A DNA stretch of 64,000 nt from assembly GCA_965215275.1 (NCBI GenBank), contig OZ244044.1, forward strand, positions 128,001 through 192,000. The letters run 5' to 3'. The translations under genes were made by a program, and so were the position numbers. Under the pieces are notes generated by a model, which worked only from the letters and a program-made list of their open reading frames with translations, made no database searches and was not told where the DNA came from. Positions within the stretch are counted from its first letter, which is position 1, and each line of letters opens with the position of its first letter. The stretch is from Thermodesulfobacteriota bacterium (lineage in GTDB: Bacteria > Desulfobacterota_D > UBA1144 > Nemesobacterales > JAJCZQ01). Of the stretch, positions 51,599-61,217 are shown piece by piece.

Positions 51599-52675
51599 GT
51601 GACCAGAGATTATTATGAAGTTCTCGGTATTGACAGAAGTGCCAGTTCGGGCGAGGTAAGAAAGCAGTACAAAAGACTTGCTTTTGAGTTCCATCCTGAC
51701 AGGAATCCCGGTGATGCTTCTGCTTTGGAAAAGTTCAAAGAGATAAATGAAGCCTATCAAATATTGAGCGATGAGAACAAACGTGCTCAATATGACAGTT
51801 TCGGTCACATCGGTTCTGATTTTGGGTCTAATATCAATGACCTGTTTGGAAACCTGTTTGATGAAGTTTTCAATGGTGGTTTTGGTTCCGACGGTCGTCA
51901 GAAAGGCAGTAATTTACAGTACGAGCTTAAAATAGGGTTTGAGGAAGCTGCATTTGGAGTTCAGAAAGAGATTGAGATCTCCAAAAACGTCATATGTTCC
52001 CATTGCAGTGGTAGGGGAGCATCACCCAGAGGCGAAGACAGATGTAAGGCCTGTAGGGGTAGTGGTTCGGTTGATTACACAAATGGTTTATTTTCTGTCA
52101 GAAGGACCTGTGGTCAATGTAAGGGTAGGGGATATGTAATTACAGAGTATTGTAATGAGTGCAGCGGAAATGGGGTCCTAAAAACTCAACATAAGGTAAA
52201 AGTTAATGTTCCGGCAGGGATTTCCAGTGAATCAAGGTTAAGGATCAGAAATGAAGGAGGACATGGAATTAACGGGGGACCGAACGGAGATCTTTTCGTT
52301 GTTATATTGGTAGAGGAACATCCGATATTTATAAGGGAAGGTAACGATATATGCTGTGAAGTGCCGATAAATTTTATCCAGGCAATGTTAGGTGATAAGA
52401 TTACCATTCCGACCCTGCTGGGAAAGGATAACTTAAAAATTCCACCAGGTACTCTGCACGGTCAGCTTTTCAGATTAAAAGGAAAAGGAGTGGTTGATTT
52501 ACAGACGAACAGGATTGGTGATCTGATTGTAGTAATTAGCGTTGAAATTCCTAAAAAGGTAACATCGAAACAGAAAAAGCTATTAGAGGAGCTTGCCAAG
52601 GATATTGTCCCCGAGCAGTTTAAAAACGTTAATAGTTTTAAAGAGAACTTGGAGAGACATATTTCAAAAAATTAG
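51599..52675 (+). CDS. dnaJ: Chaperone DnaJ
   Basis: J-domain HPD and four CxxCxGxG repeats. Confidence 0.95.
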   Translation: MTRDYYEVLGIDRSASSGEVRKQYKRLAFEFHPDRNPGDASALEKFKEINEAYQILSDENKRAQYDSFGHIGSDFGSNINDLFGNLFDEVFNGGFGSDGRQKGSNLQYELKIGFEEAAFGVQKEIEISKNVICSHCSGRGASPRGEDRCKACRGSGSVDYTNGLFSVRRTCGQCKGRGYVITEYCNECSGNGVLKTQHKVKVNVPAGISSESRLRIRNEGGHGINGGPNGDLFVVILVEEHPIFIREGNDICCEVPINFIQAMLGDKITIPTLLGKDNLKIPPGTLHGQLFRLKGKGVVDLQTNRIGDLIVVISVEIPKKVTSKQKKLLEELAKDIVPEQFKNVNSFKENLERHISKN

Positions 52676-52773
52676 GGGATTACATACTTAATTGCCAAAA
52701 AGCTCAGACTACTTCCTGCACTGACTTTAAAGTTTTGGACAGGTCCTGTCAGTATGAGATATTATTTATCCAC

Positions 52774-52803
52774 TTGACATTCGTTCATAATACTTGGTAA
52801 AAT
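52774..52803 (+). promoter_or_regulatory. Sigma70-type promoter of surface-protein cassette 2
   Basis: TTGACA-18 nt-TAAAAT, near-identical to 9587-9616. Confidence 0.7.
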
Positions 52804-52812
52804 ATAAATGTT

Positions 52813-55800
52813 ATGAAAAATTCAAACATAAAAACACATAGTTCCATTACCCCCCCCCCCATATAAACCTGACCTTTCAGTCTGGTATAAGTATTTTTTA
52901 AGAACAATGTTTAAGATAATCCCCCCCCCCATCTAAGTCATTACTTACGTTAGTTTTATTTATTCTGTTTATAATGGTAATAGCTGCAAAAGGGCAGAGC
53001 AGCCTGGAAGAAACATTATCTGAATGCAGAGGTATGAGTGCAGACACGGAAGATCCGTTATACGGATGTCAGTGGCATCTGAAAAATACAGGACAGTTTA
53101 GTATTTCCGGAAATAGAATAACTGCAGGAGAAGATATAAACATAGAGGGAGTGTGGAACGAATACGTATACGGTACCGGAATTAACGTAGCAGTTGTAAG
53201 TGACGGTATCGACCTTTCACATGAGGACCTTTCTGCAAACGTACGTTCCGAACTGAACTATAGTTTTTCTGAGAAAGATAATTCTGACAGTTCATCCTTT
53301 ACCGGAACACGAGCAGCAGGTGTTATTGCAGCGGCTGGATATAACGGACTGGGAGTAAGAGGAACAGCACCTGGTGCGAGTATATACAGTTACAGGTTAT
53401 CCGGTGATCTCAGGGAAGCGGACGCGGTGGTCCGTAATAAAGAAATAACAGCAGTATCGGTTAACGGCCTGGGATCTGAGGACGGAGCTTTTTTTCAGGA
53501 GGCTTTATCTTCCTGGGAAGAAGGAGTGGAACTTGGTATAAGTAAAGGGTTTTATGGTAAAGGAGTGTTTTACGTCCGGGGAGCAGGGGACGGGCATGAG
53601 AATAACGATCAGGCTAATTTTTCTGAATATTCTAATTACTACGGCGTAACAGCCGTGTGTTCAACTGACGGTTATGGAAAAAAGAGTATTTTTTCAGAAG
53701 AGGGAGTAAATCTCTGGGTATGTGCACCTGGTTCTGATATTGTAACCACAGATAACAACAACGATTACGTTGTAACTTCCGGAACATTTCTATCAGCTTC
53801 ACAGGTCGGAGGAGTGGCTGCACTGCTGAGAGAGATAAACGGGAATCTGAGCTGGAGGGATATAAAGCTTATACTTGCGGGTTCAGCACGTCAGAACGAT
53901 TTTTCTGATATTAGCTGGGAGACAGGAGCTGTTAAATACGGCTCTGACACGGAAAGATATAATTATAATCCTAAGTATGGTTTTGGCGTGGTAGACGCAG
54001 AAGCAGCTGCAGAACTTGCAGGAAGCTGGAAAGGCGTTGGAGAGATGAGGACCGTTACCGCCTTTTCAGATAATGAAATAACAATTCCTGATGGAGAAGG
54101 AGAAGCGGATGGAATACTTACCTCCACACTTATGATCCCGGACCTGGAGGAAATATTTACGGAATTCGTGGAGGTAGAACTTGTTTTCTCTCATGACCGC
54201 TTACAGGACCTTAATATACAGATAACCTCTCCTTCCGGGACAGTATCTGAACTTGTGCGGGAGGTTGTAAGGGGATCTTCGAATGAAGAAGAAAACTGCG
54301 TCAGTTACCTGAGAAGAACACATCGTTTCGGGTCGGCTAAGCACCTCGGAGAAGACCCTTCCGGAGAATGGATCCTTAATATATCTGATACTGCTTCCGG
54401 AGATGCAGAAAACACTGTTACCTTACACTCATGGAGCATTAAGGTATACGGGCATTTTTATCAGGGAACTGGCAATGAGATAAATCCTAAACATCACAGA
54501 CTGAATTTTGGCGGTCAGACAATTCAGGATCAGGAGTATCAAGTAGAAGTTCAGATAGCACCATTAGTGCTGCCTAGGGCAACTGGAGATACTGGAATAC
54601 AATATAATTTGACTGATGATCCAAACACAGATGGATTTGCCACTAATGTACCAATTGATGGATTGAGTTTTAACCGTGGAACCAGAACTCTAAGTGGCAC
54701 ACCCACTAATACTGGGTCTTTTGATCTCATATACAGCGCTGTTGGTAGAACAGACGGTACTGCTGCTCAACTTGAGTTCAACGTTACGGTGGTAAACGTC
54801 CCTACCTTCGGAGGTCAGACCATACCAGATCATACGTATGCAAGACTTCAGACAATAAGAAATCCGTTAACTTTTCCTAAAGCAACGGGAGGGAATGCTC
54901 CCTTGACTTACAGTATAACTCCTAAGGTACAGACTGGACTTGCTTTCAGCAGTTCCACTCGGAGGATAACCGGGTCACCTGGGACTGTAAGGAGCAGAAC
55001 TGAGCATACGTATACGGTAACGGACAATGAGGGAGATACGGCTGAGATAACGTTCGGTATAACCGTAGAAGGAAATGACAGGAGGCCGCGTTTCAGAGCA
55101 GGTGAGAATATCTCTGATAAGTTTTATTTTACAGGTGTTCCGATAACGCCGGTAACGCTGCCCAGGGCAACTAACGGGAACAGTCCGATAAAATACAGTT
55201 TAAATCCTTCTTTACCAACTGGATTGAGCTTTAACGCAAATACCCGGGAGATAAGCGGGACACCGACTGCTGCAAGCAGTAACACAGAGTATACATACAG
55301 AGCATCAGACCTTGATGGAGACAGGCGTGATCTGAAGTTCAGTATCACGGTAAGGGATGCAACTGACGTACCGACCTTCGGCAGTGAGACGATAGATGAT
55401 CAGGAGCATACAGCAGGGAGTCAGATAACACCAGTAACGCTGCCTGAGGCAACATCAGGAGATGCTCCGTTAATATACCGTTTAACCCCTGCCTTGCCTG
55501 ATGGATTGATCTATAACAATATCACCGGAGTTATAAGCGGAACACCGACTGCTGCAATGTCTGAGACTATGTATACATATACAGTAACGGATAATGATGG
55601 AGATACGGATGAGCTGACGTTTAATATTGAGGTAGCAGCAAGCTTCAGCAACGTAACGATAGAAGATAAGGTGTATATAGCAGGTACAGCAGTAACGGAA
55701 ATGCTGCCTGAGGCAACTGGACATAATGGAACGGTAACCTACAGTTTAACCCCATCATTACCAACTGGACTGGACTTTAACACAGCTACCCGGGAGATAA

Positions 55801-56366
55801 GTGGAACACCTTCTGCTGCATCGTCTCAGACTGCTTATACATATACCGTTACTACTGGTGCAGGAGGACCTGCACGAACTTTGACGTTCAGGATAACAGT
55901 AGAAGAAGACAGCATGCCGGACTTCAGCGGTACAGCAATACCTGATCGGGTGTACACGGGGAGAGCAATAACGCTGCCGGAGGCAACGGGAGGGAATCCA
56001 CCAGTTACTTACAGTATAACACCTGATCTGCCAGCTGGATTGAGATTTAACGAAGTAACGCGGGAAATAAGTGGGACACCCAGGAGTGCATCAACAAGAA
56101 CTTACACGTATACGGTAACGGACAGCAATGGAGATACGGATGATGCGACTTTCATGCTCAGTGTAGAGGTTACTTCTACTCCAGGACCAACACCACCACG
56201 AGGACCAAGAACGTCAGGTACTGATTCAGGCGGAGGTGGAGGAGGATGTGCCGTCTCAGATCAGATCAGCGTTGTTTATGATATTCTCGGAGCAGTGGCA
56301 TGTCTGATACTTATACCTGTATCAGTAGTTATCAGAAGGAAGAGAAGAGCTCAGATAAAGACGTAG
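52813..56366 (+). CDS. Surface protein copy 2: inactive S8 subtilase domain, P-domain, Ig-like repeats and GlyGly-Cys/TM/basic tail; out of frame at two poly-C tracts
   Basis: Paralog of 9626-13160; C11 (52850-52860) gives a stop at 52864-52866 and C10 (52921-52930) a stop at 52934-52936; main ORF 52974-56366. Confidence 0.85.
52850..52860 (+). repeat. Poly-C tract 1 of cassette 2 (C11, out of frame)
   Basis: ACC CCC CCC CCC ATA TAA. Confidence 0.9.
52921..52930 (+). repeat. Poly-C tract 2 of cassette 2 (C10, out of frame)
   Basis: ATC CCC CCC CCC ATC TAA. Confidence 0.9.
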
Positions 56367-56506
56367 TAATGCGGTCCTTTCCAAAACAATGAAGGAATTA
56401 AAATCTCTCAGTCAGAATAAAGGAATAATAACAAGTGAGAAACCAAGGATAATTCTATCGGTAGATGGTGATAATGATTAAAATTTAAAATCTGAATTGC
56501 TTCAAA

Positions 56507-56782
56507 TCACCTGCCACCAGCTATAGCAGGAATTATAGAAATATTGTCATTTTGATTTAGTTTGGTGTTCTTCCCATCAAGAAACCGGATGTCTTCATTG
56601 TTAACGTATAAATTTATGAATCTTCTTACGTTTCCTTCTTCATCACATATTCTATCTTTAATACCGGGACATTCTTTCTCAAGTTCCTCTATCAGTTCAT
56701 TAATATCCGAGGCAGTTACATTTATTTCGTCTCTATCTTTAGATAATTTTCTAAGTGGAGTTGGTATTCTTACAGATGGCAT
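56507..56782 (-). CDS. MoaD/ThiS-family ubiquitin-like sulfur carrier (CysO-like)
   Basis: VRIPTPLR...RFINLYVNNEDIRFL...IIPAIAGGR. Confidence 0.9.
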   Translation of the reverse strand: MPSVRIPTPLRKLSKDRDEINVTASDINELIEELEKECPGIKDRICDEEGNVRRFINLYVNNEDIRFLDGKNTKLNQNDNISIIPAIAGGR

Positions 56783-56819
56783 GTATATTTCTCCTGTTAT
56801 AAATTCTACGTATAATTAA

Positions 56820-58055
56820 CTATTGTACTATATTTTTATACAATTCTTCAAATATTTCAATTTTAGATTCTATTATCTTTGGACTTGCTAATTTATTTAC
56901 GATGGCGTCCTGAGTTTTTAAACCGTTACCGGTTATAGAAATAACGGTTGACTCATTAACGGATAGTTTTCCCTTTTCTATAAGTTTTTTAGTAACCGCT
57001 ATAGTAACCCCACCGGCAGTTTCGGTATAAATTCCTTCTGTTTCTGCAAGCAGTTTTATTCCATCAATTATTTCTTGATCAGACACATCTTCAGCCCAAC
57101 CTCCGCTTTCTTTAATTACGGACATTGCATAAATTCCATCTGCGGGAGTACCAATTGCAAGTGATTTAGCAATGGTGTCGGGTTTTACTGGCTTAAACAT
57201 ATCCCAGTTGTTCTTAAATGCAGTGGAAATAGGTGAACATCCTGTAGCTTGAGCCCCATACATTTTTGTTCTGCCAGACTCTACAAATCCTAATAGTTCA
57301 AATTCCTTTATAGCTTTCCATATTTTGGTCAGAAGCGAACCACTTGCCATTGGCACTATAATATTGTCAGGGACTTTCCAGCCAAGCTGCTCCATTATTT
57401 CAAAGGCATAGGATTTTGAACCTTCTGAATAATAAGGTCTGATGTTTATGTTAACAAATGCCCAGTTATATTTTCCTGCAATTTCACTGCAGAGCCTGTT
57501 TACATCATCATAAGTACCTTTGATCCCTATAAGATCAGTGCCGTACACGATACTGTTAACGACTTTTGATTGTTCAAGGTCGTGGGGAATAAAAATAAAG
57601 CTCTTTAAGCCACCTGATGCAGCAAGAGAAGATACAGAATTTGCAAGATTGCCGGTAGAGGCACAGGAAACGGTATCAAACCCAAATTCTCTGGCTTTGG
57701 ATAAAGCAACTGAAACCACTCTGTCCTTAAATGACAAGGTCGGAAAACATACTGCATCATTCTTTATGTACAGATTTGAATGTCCTAGTGCCTTTGCCAG
57801 ATTATCAGCTTTTATTAGAGGGGTATAACCGACTTTTTTGCCTATTTCTGGTTCATTATCAATGGGTAAAAGTTCAGCATATCTCCAGATATTGTTCTTC
57901 CGGGATATAATATCTTCCTTTGTCAGGACTTTTTTAATCTCTTCGTAGTTGTATGATACCTCTAATGGACCAAAGCATGTTTCGCAAACATATATTGGCT
58001 TAGCAGGATATTTTTCACCGCATTCTTTACACTTTAGACCTTTAATAAAACTCAT
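56820..58055 (-). CDS. thrC: Threonine synthase family PLP enzyme
   Basis: N-terminal CxxC..CxxC, PTLSFKDR, ASTGN and ITGNGLKT motifs; ATG at 58055. Confidence 0.85.
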   Translation of the reverse strand: MSFIKGLKCKECGEKYPAKPIYVCETCFGPLEVSYNYEEIKKVLTKEDIISRKNNIWRYAELLPIDNEPEIGKKVGYTPLIKADNLAKALGHSNLYIKNDAVCFPTLSFKDRVVSVALSKAREFGFDTVSCASTGNLANSVSSLAASGGLKSFIFIPHDLEQSKVVNSIVYGTDLIGIKGTYDDVNRLCSEIAGKYNWAFVNINIRPYYSEGSKSYAFEIMEQLGWKVPDNIIVPMASGSLLTKIWKAIKEFELLGFVESGRTKMYGAQATGCSPISTAFKNNWDMFKPVKPDTIAKSLAIGTPADGIYAMSVIKESGGWAEDVSDQEIIDGIKLLAETEGIYTETAGGVTIAVTKKLIEKGKLSVNESTVISITGNGLKTQDAIVNKLASPKIIESKIEIFEELYKNIVQ

Positions 58056-58095
58056 TTTTTCACAAGTTGAGGAGAGATAGGATTGGAAAGAAAAA

Positions 58096-58521
58096 CTACC
58101 TTTTATTAACGGTTTTGTCAAAGCTACTTGAAGGTTTTATACCGTCTTTAGTAACTGTTACTTTAATAACCTTCTCTGATATGATGATATTTTTGTTTTT
58201 TCTATACCTGCCTCCAACTACTACAGTGTCATTTTTATCAAATTCTGGTATTTCTGTAAGTTCCACATTTATGTTGTTTCCGTAATGATCGGCTAAAGTA
58301 AGGATTCCTTGCTTGTTTTCCAAATTCTTGATTTCTTCAACAAATCCCAGTACAACTACTTGTGCTCCATCGAACGCGATAGGGGATATCTGAATTCTGG
58401 CGATCGAAGTTTTGATCCCTGTTATATTAAAAACAGGTTTCGGCTGTTCTTTCTTCTGACACCCGGCAAGAACGATTAACGAGATACAAATTATAAGCAG
58501 TTTCGATATTTTAAAAGCCAT
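58096..58521 (-). CDS. Putative lipoprotein (OB-fold-like)
   Basis: Lipobox LAGC; beta-rich body. Confidence 0.65.
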   Translation of the reverse strand: MAFKISKLLIICISLIVLAGCQKKEQPKPVFNITGIKTSIARIQISPIAFDGAQVVVLGFVEEIKNLENKQGILTLADHYGNNINVELTEIPEFDKNDTVVVGGRYRKNKNIIISEKVIKVTVTKDGIKPSSSFDKTVNKR

Positions 58522-58572
58522 TTTTTTAATAAATCAGGTAAATTCTATAAGTATATCTGAAGAGAGGAAAAA

Positions 58573-59364
58573 GTGTATATTTCAGAAGACGATAATTTAA
58601 GTATATACAGATTTAAAGTAGAAAACAGTGGTAAGAACTTTAATTACATAGTTAAATGCAATCAAACGGGAGAATGCGTTGTGATAGACCCGCTTGACCC
58701 GGTTCGATTGCTGAACTTTGTAAGAAAGAACGATATGAGAGTGTCTTATGTAATAAATACCCACGGTCACCCCGATCACGTTGAGGGAAATAATCCCATA
58801 ATTAAGGTTTTTTTGTCATCTAATATCTTAATACACGAACTTGGTATGGATTTTGTTGCACCAAGAGCGGAAGCATTAAAAGAAGGGGACGTTATAAGTT
58901 GTGGTAAACTTAAAATAGATGTTCTGCACACCCCGGGTCACTGCCCCGAACATATTTCTTTAATGATCGGCAGCAATATATTTGTAGGAGACACTATTTT
59001 TGTCTCCGGATGTGGAAACACAAAGTTCAGAGGTAATACTGATGAACTCTATGAAACTTTCTCAAGTAAGCTGATGAAACTGGAAGATGATCTTAATGTG
59101 TTCTGCGGGCATGATTATGCAAAAAATAATTTAGAATTTGCTTTAAGTATTGATCATAATAATCCTCATATAAACAGTAAATTAGAAGAAATTAAAAAAC
59201 AAAATGAGGTTTTATCTACGATCGGAGAAGAGAAAAAATATAATCCTTTCATGAGAGTTGGTGAAAAAAGTCTGGTCAGTGCCTTAAAAGAGAAATACCC
59301 TGATATGAAGACAGATGAGAGGTCCGTGTTCATTAAATTAAGAGAGCTTAGAGATAACTGGTAA
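58573..59364 (+). CDS. gloB: Hydroxyacylglutathione hydrolase-like MBL protein (glyoxalase II family)
   Basis: THGHPDHVEG, TPGH, GDT, CGHDY and EKKYNPFMR motifs. Confidence 0.8.
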   Translation: MYISEDDNLSIYRFKVENSGKNFNYIVKCNQTGECVVIDPLDPVRLLNFVRKNDMRVSYVINTHGHPDHVEGNNPIIKVFLSSNILIHELGMDFVAPRAEALKEGDVISCGKLKIDVLHTPGHCPEHISLMIGSNIFVGDTIFVSGCGNTKFRGNTDELYETFSSKLMKLEDDLNVFCGHDYAKNNLEFALSIDHNNPHINSKLEEIKKQNEVLSTIGEEKKYNPFMRVGEKSLVSALKEKYPDMKTDERSVFIKLRELRDNW

Positions 59365-59379
59365 AGTGGTTCTTGTTCA

Positions 59380-59392
59380 GGGTAGGGCAGGG
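59380..59392 (+). other. Two overlapping KOPS-like motifs (GGGNAGGG) pointing toward dif
   Basis: GGGTAGGG (59380-59387) and GGGCAGGG (59385-59392), running into a G10 tract. Confidence 0.55.
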
Positions 59393-59427
59393 GGGGGGGC
59401 ACGTCTCAAGTGGTTTTAACTGATTTT

Positions 59428-60219
59428 TTAAAACAGACCTTTACTATAACCACCATCTATCTGAATGGTGTTCCCGGTTATGTAGCTGGCTCTTTCTGAA
59501 ACCAGAAAAGCCACCATCGAACTGAATTCTTTTGGGTCGCCGATCCTCCCGACTGGAATATCGGATTCCATACCCTTAATAACCGTTGTGAGATCCTTTT
59601 TTGTTTCTTCAGCTCTTTTTTCAGCGAGTTCCCTGATCCTATCGGTCATTATCCTTCCAGGACACAGGTTATTAACCAGTATATTAAACTTTCCATACTC
59701 ATTGGACAGGGTCTTGGCAAAACCAATTACTCCGGTTCTAGCTGTATTTGAAAGGATAAGACCCTCTATGGGCTGCTTTACGGCAATTGAAGTAATATTG
59801 ATTATCCTTCCCCATTTTTGCTTTTTCATGTATGGAAGAACCTCTTTTGTTAAATTAATAACGCTCAGGAGGTTCAGTTCCAGTGCACTCTGCCAGTCTT
59901 TTGATCTGAAGTCTTCAAAATAACCAAAAGGCGGGCCGCCCGCGTTGTTTATAACTATGTGAACCGTTTTATATTCTTTTATGGTGGACCTAACGACGTT
60001 TTTTATATCTTTGGTACTTTTTGCATCGGCTCTTAAAGATAGGACCCTGGTTTTGTATTTTTCTCTTATTTCGTCTGCTGTTTTTCTGATATCAGCTGAA
60101 TTTCTTGAAAATATAGTTAAGTTACATCCTTCGGCAGCCAATTCTTCGGCACATGCTCTGCCCAGTCCTTTGCTGGATGCTGATATTATTGCAACTTTGT
60201 CCTTTATACCTAAATTCAT
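59428..60219 (-). CDS. SDR family oxidoreductase
   Basis: ASSKGLG, NNAGGPP, SNTAR and IDGG motifs. Confidence 0.9.
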   Translation of the reverse strand: MNLGIKDKVAIISASSKGLGRACAEELAAEGCNLTIFSRNSADIRKTADEIREKYKTRVLSLRADAKSTKDIKNVVRSTIKEYKTVHIVINNAGGPPFGYFEDFRSKDWQSALELNLLSVINLTKEVLPYMKKQKWGRIINITSIAVKQPIEGLILSNTARTGVIGFAKTLSNEYGKFNILVNNLCPGRIMTDRIRELAEKRAEETKKDLTTVIKGMESDIPVGRIGDPKEFSSMVAFLVSERASYITGNTIQIDGGYSKGLF

Positions 60220-60552
60220 TTAGACCTTTGAGTTTTTAGCTTTAGCAGTGTCTTTTTTTATAGAGTCAACCGTGGTTGCTGCAGCAGTAGCCGTATCTCC
60301 ATCAGGTGTTCCAGACTCTACTGTTGTGGAATCGGTCTGTTTGGGTGGAGGAGCACCGGATGAAACTTTTTTTCTCCCATAATCAGTTTCATACCAACCA
60401 GATCCCTGTAAATGGAAAGAGGATAAAGAAATGAGTTTTTTAACTTTATTCTTTTTACAAGATGGACATTTTTTTATTGGCTCATCATTGAATGCCTGCA
60501 TTTCCTCAAATACATGATCACACTGTTGACATTGATATTCATATATAGGCAT
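60220..60552 (-). CDS. FmdB-family zinc-ribbon protein
   Basis: [11 protein letters not shown]...CPSC...[16 protein letters not shown] at 60552. Confidence 0.9.
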   Translation of the reverse strand: MPIYEYQCQQCDHVFEEMQAFNDEPIKKCPSCKKNKVKKLISLSSFHLQGSGWYETDYGRKKVSSGAPPPKQTDSTTVESGTPDGDTATAAATTVDSIKKDTAKAKNSKV

Positions 60553-60660
60553 CTTACTGTGTATCTCCTGTAATGATGTAAATAGGGTAATTATAATACT
60601 TCTGATAGTTTTCTTCAAGATAACGTATCTTTTAGACCGTTTTATATGAACGTATATGTT

Positions 60661-60688
60661 AGTTTACATAATATCCCTTATCAGACAT
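60661..60688 (-). other. Chromosome dimer resolution site dif (XerC/XerD)
   Basis: Reverse complement ATGTCTGATAA-GGGATA-TTATGTAAACT, an 11-6-11 layout with a canonical XerD-type arm, in an AT-rich intergenic region. Confidence 0.8.
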
Positions 60689-60866
60689 AAAATATTCTTA
60701 ATAAATTACATTAACAAATTAGATATAACTTGCTTTAATAACTCAATTTAATATCAGATATTACATTGAGTTATTTTTTGGATAAAATTTTTATTGAAAA
60801 AGTTGTAATAATGGATTTGCCAATGAAGAAGATTGTCAGTACGTTATTTATTAGAGGTACGGAGCA

Positions 60867-61208
60867 ATGAGCACGATATTTGATCAGATCATAAATAGAG
60901 AAATTCCCGCGGATATAGTTTACGAAGATGATCTTTGTATAGCGTTCAAGGATATAAATCCCAAGGCACCGGTCCATATACTCATAATACCCAAAAAAAA
61001 TATCGTATCTTTAGCTACAACGGACCAGGAAGACCTGAAGGTCTTAGGACACATCATGATAAAGACGGCTGAGATAGCAAGGAACGAGGGAATTGAAGAG
61101 TCCGGCTACCGTGTAGTGACAAATATCAACGCAGATGCCGGTCAGAGCGTTTTTCACCTGCATTTTCATATTTTAGGTGGAAGGAAGATGACGTGGCCTC
61201 CAGGCTAA
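60867..61208 (+). CDS. hinT: Histidine triad (HIT) nucleotide-binding protein
   Basis: GQSVFHLHFHILGGR...WPPG. Confidence 0.93.
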   Translation: MSTIFDQIINREIPADIVYEDDLCIAFKDINPKAPVHILIIPKKNIVSLATTDQEDLKVLGHIMIKTAEIARNEGIEESGYRVVTNINADAGQSVFHLHFHILGGRKMTWPPG

Positions 61209-61217
61209 ACGTCTTTT

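Noticed and set aside
52675..52698. Degenerate copy of the IS1595-like TIR after dnaJ (GGGGATTACATACTTAATTGCCAA)
   Set aside because: Partial similarity only; no partner TIR or TSD was found beyond cassette 2, so TIR-mediated mobility of the cassette is unsupported
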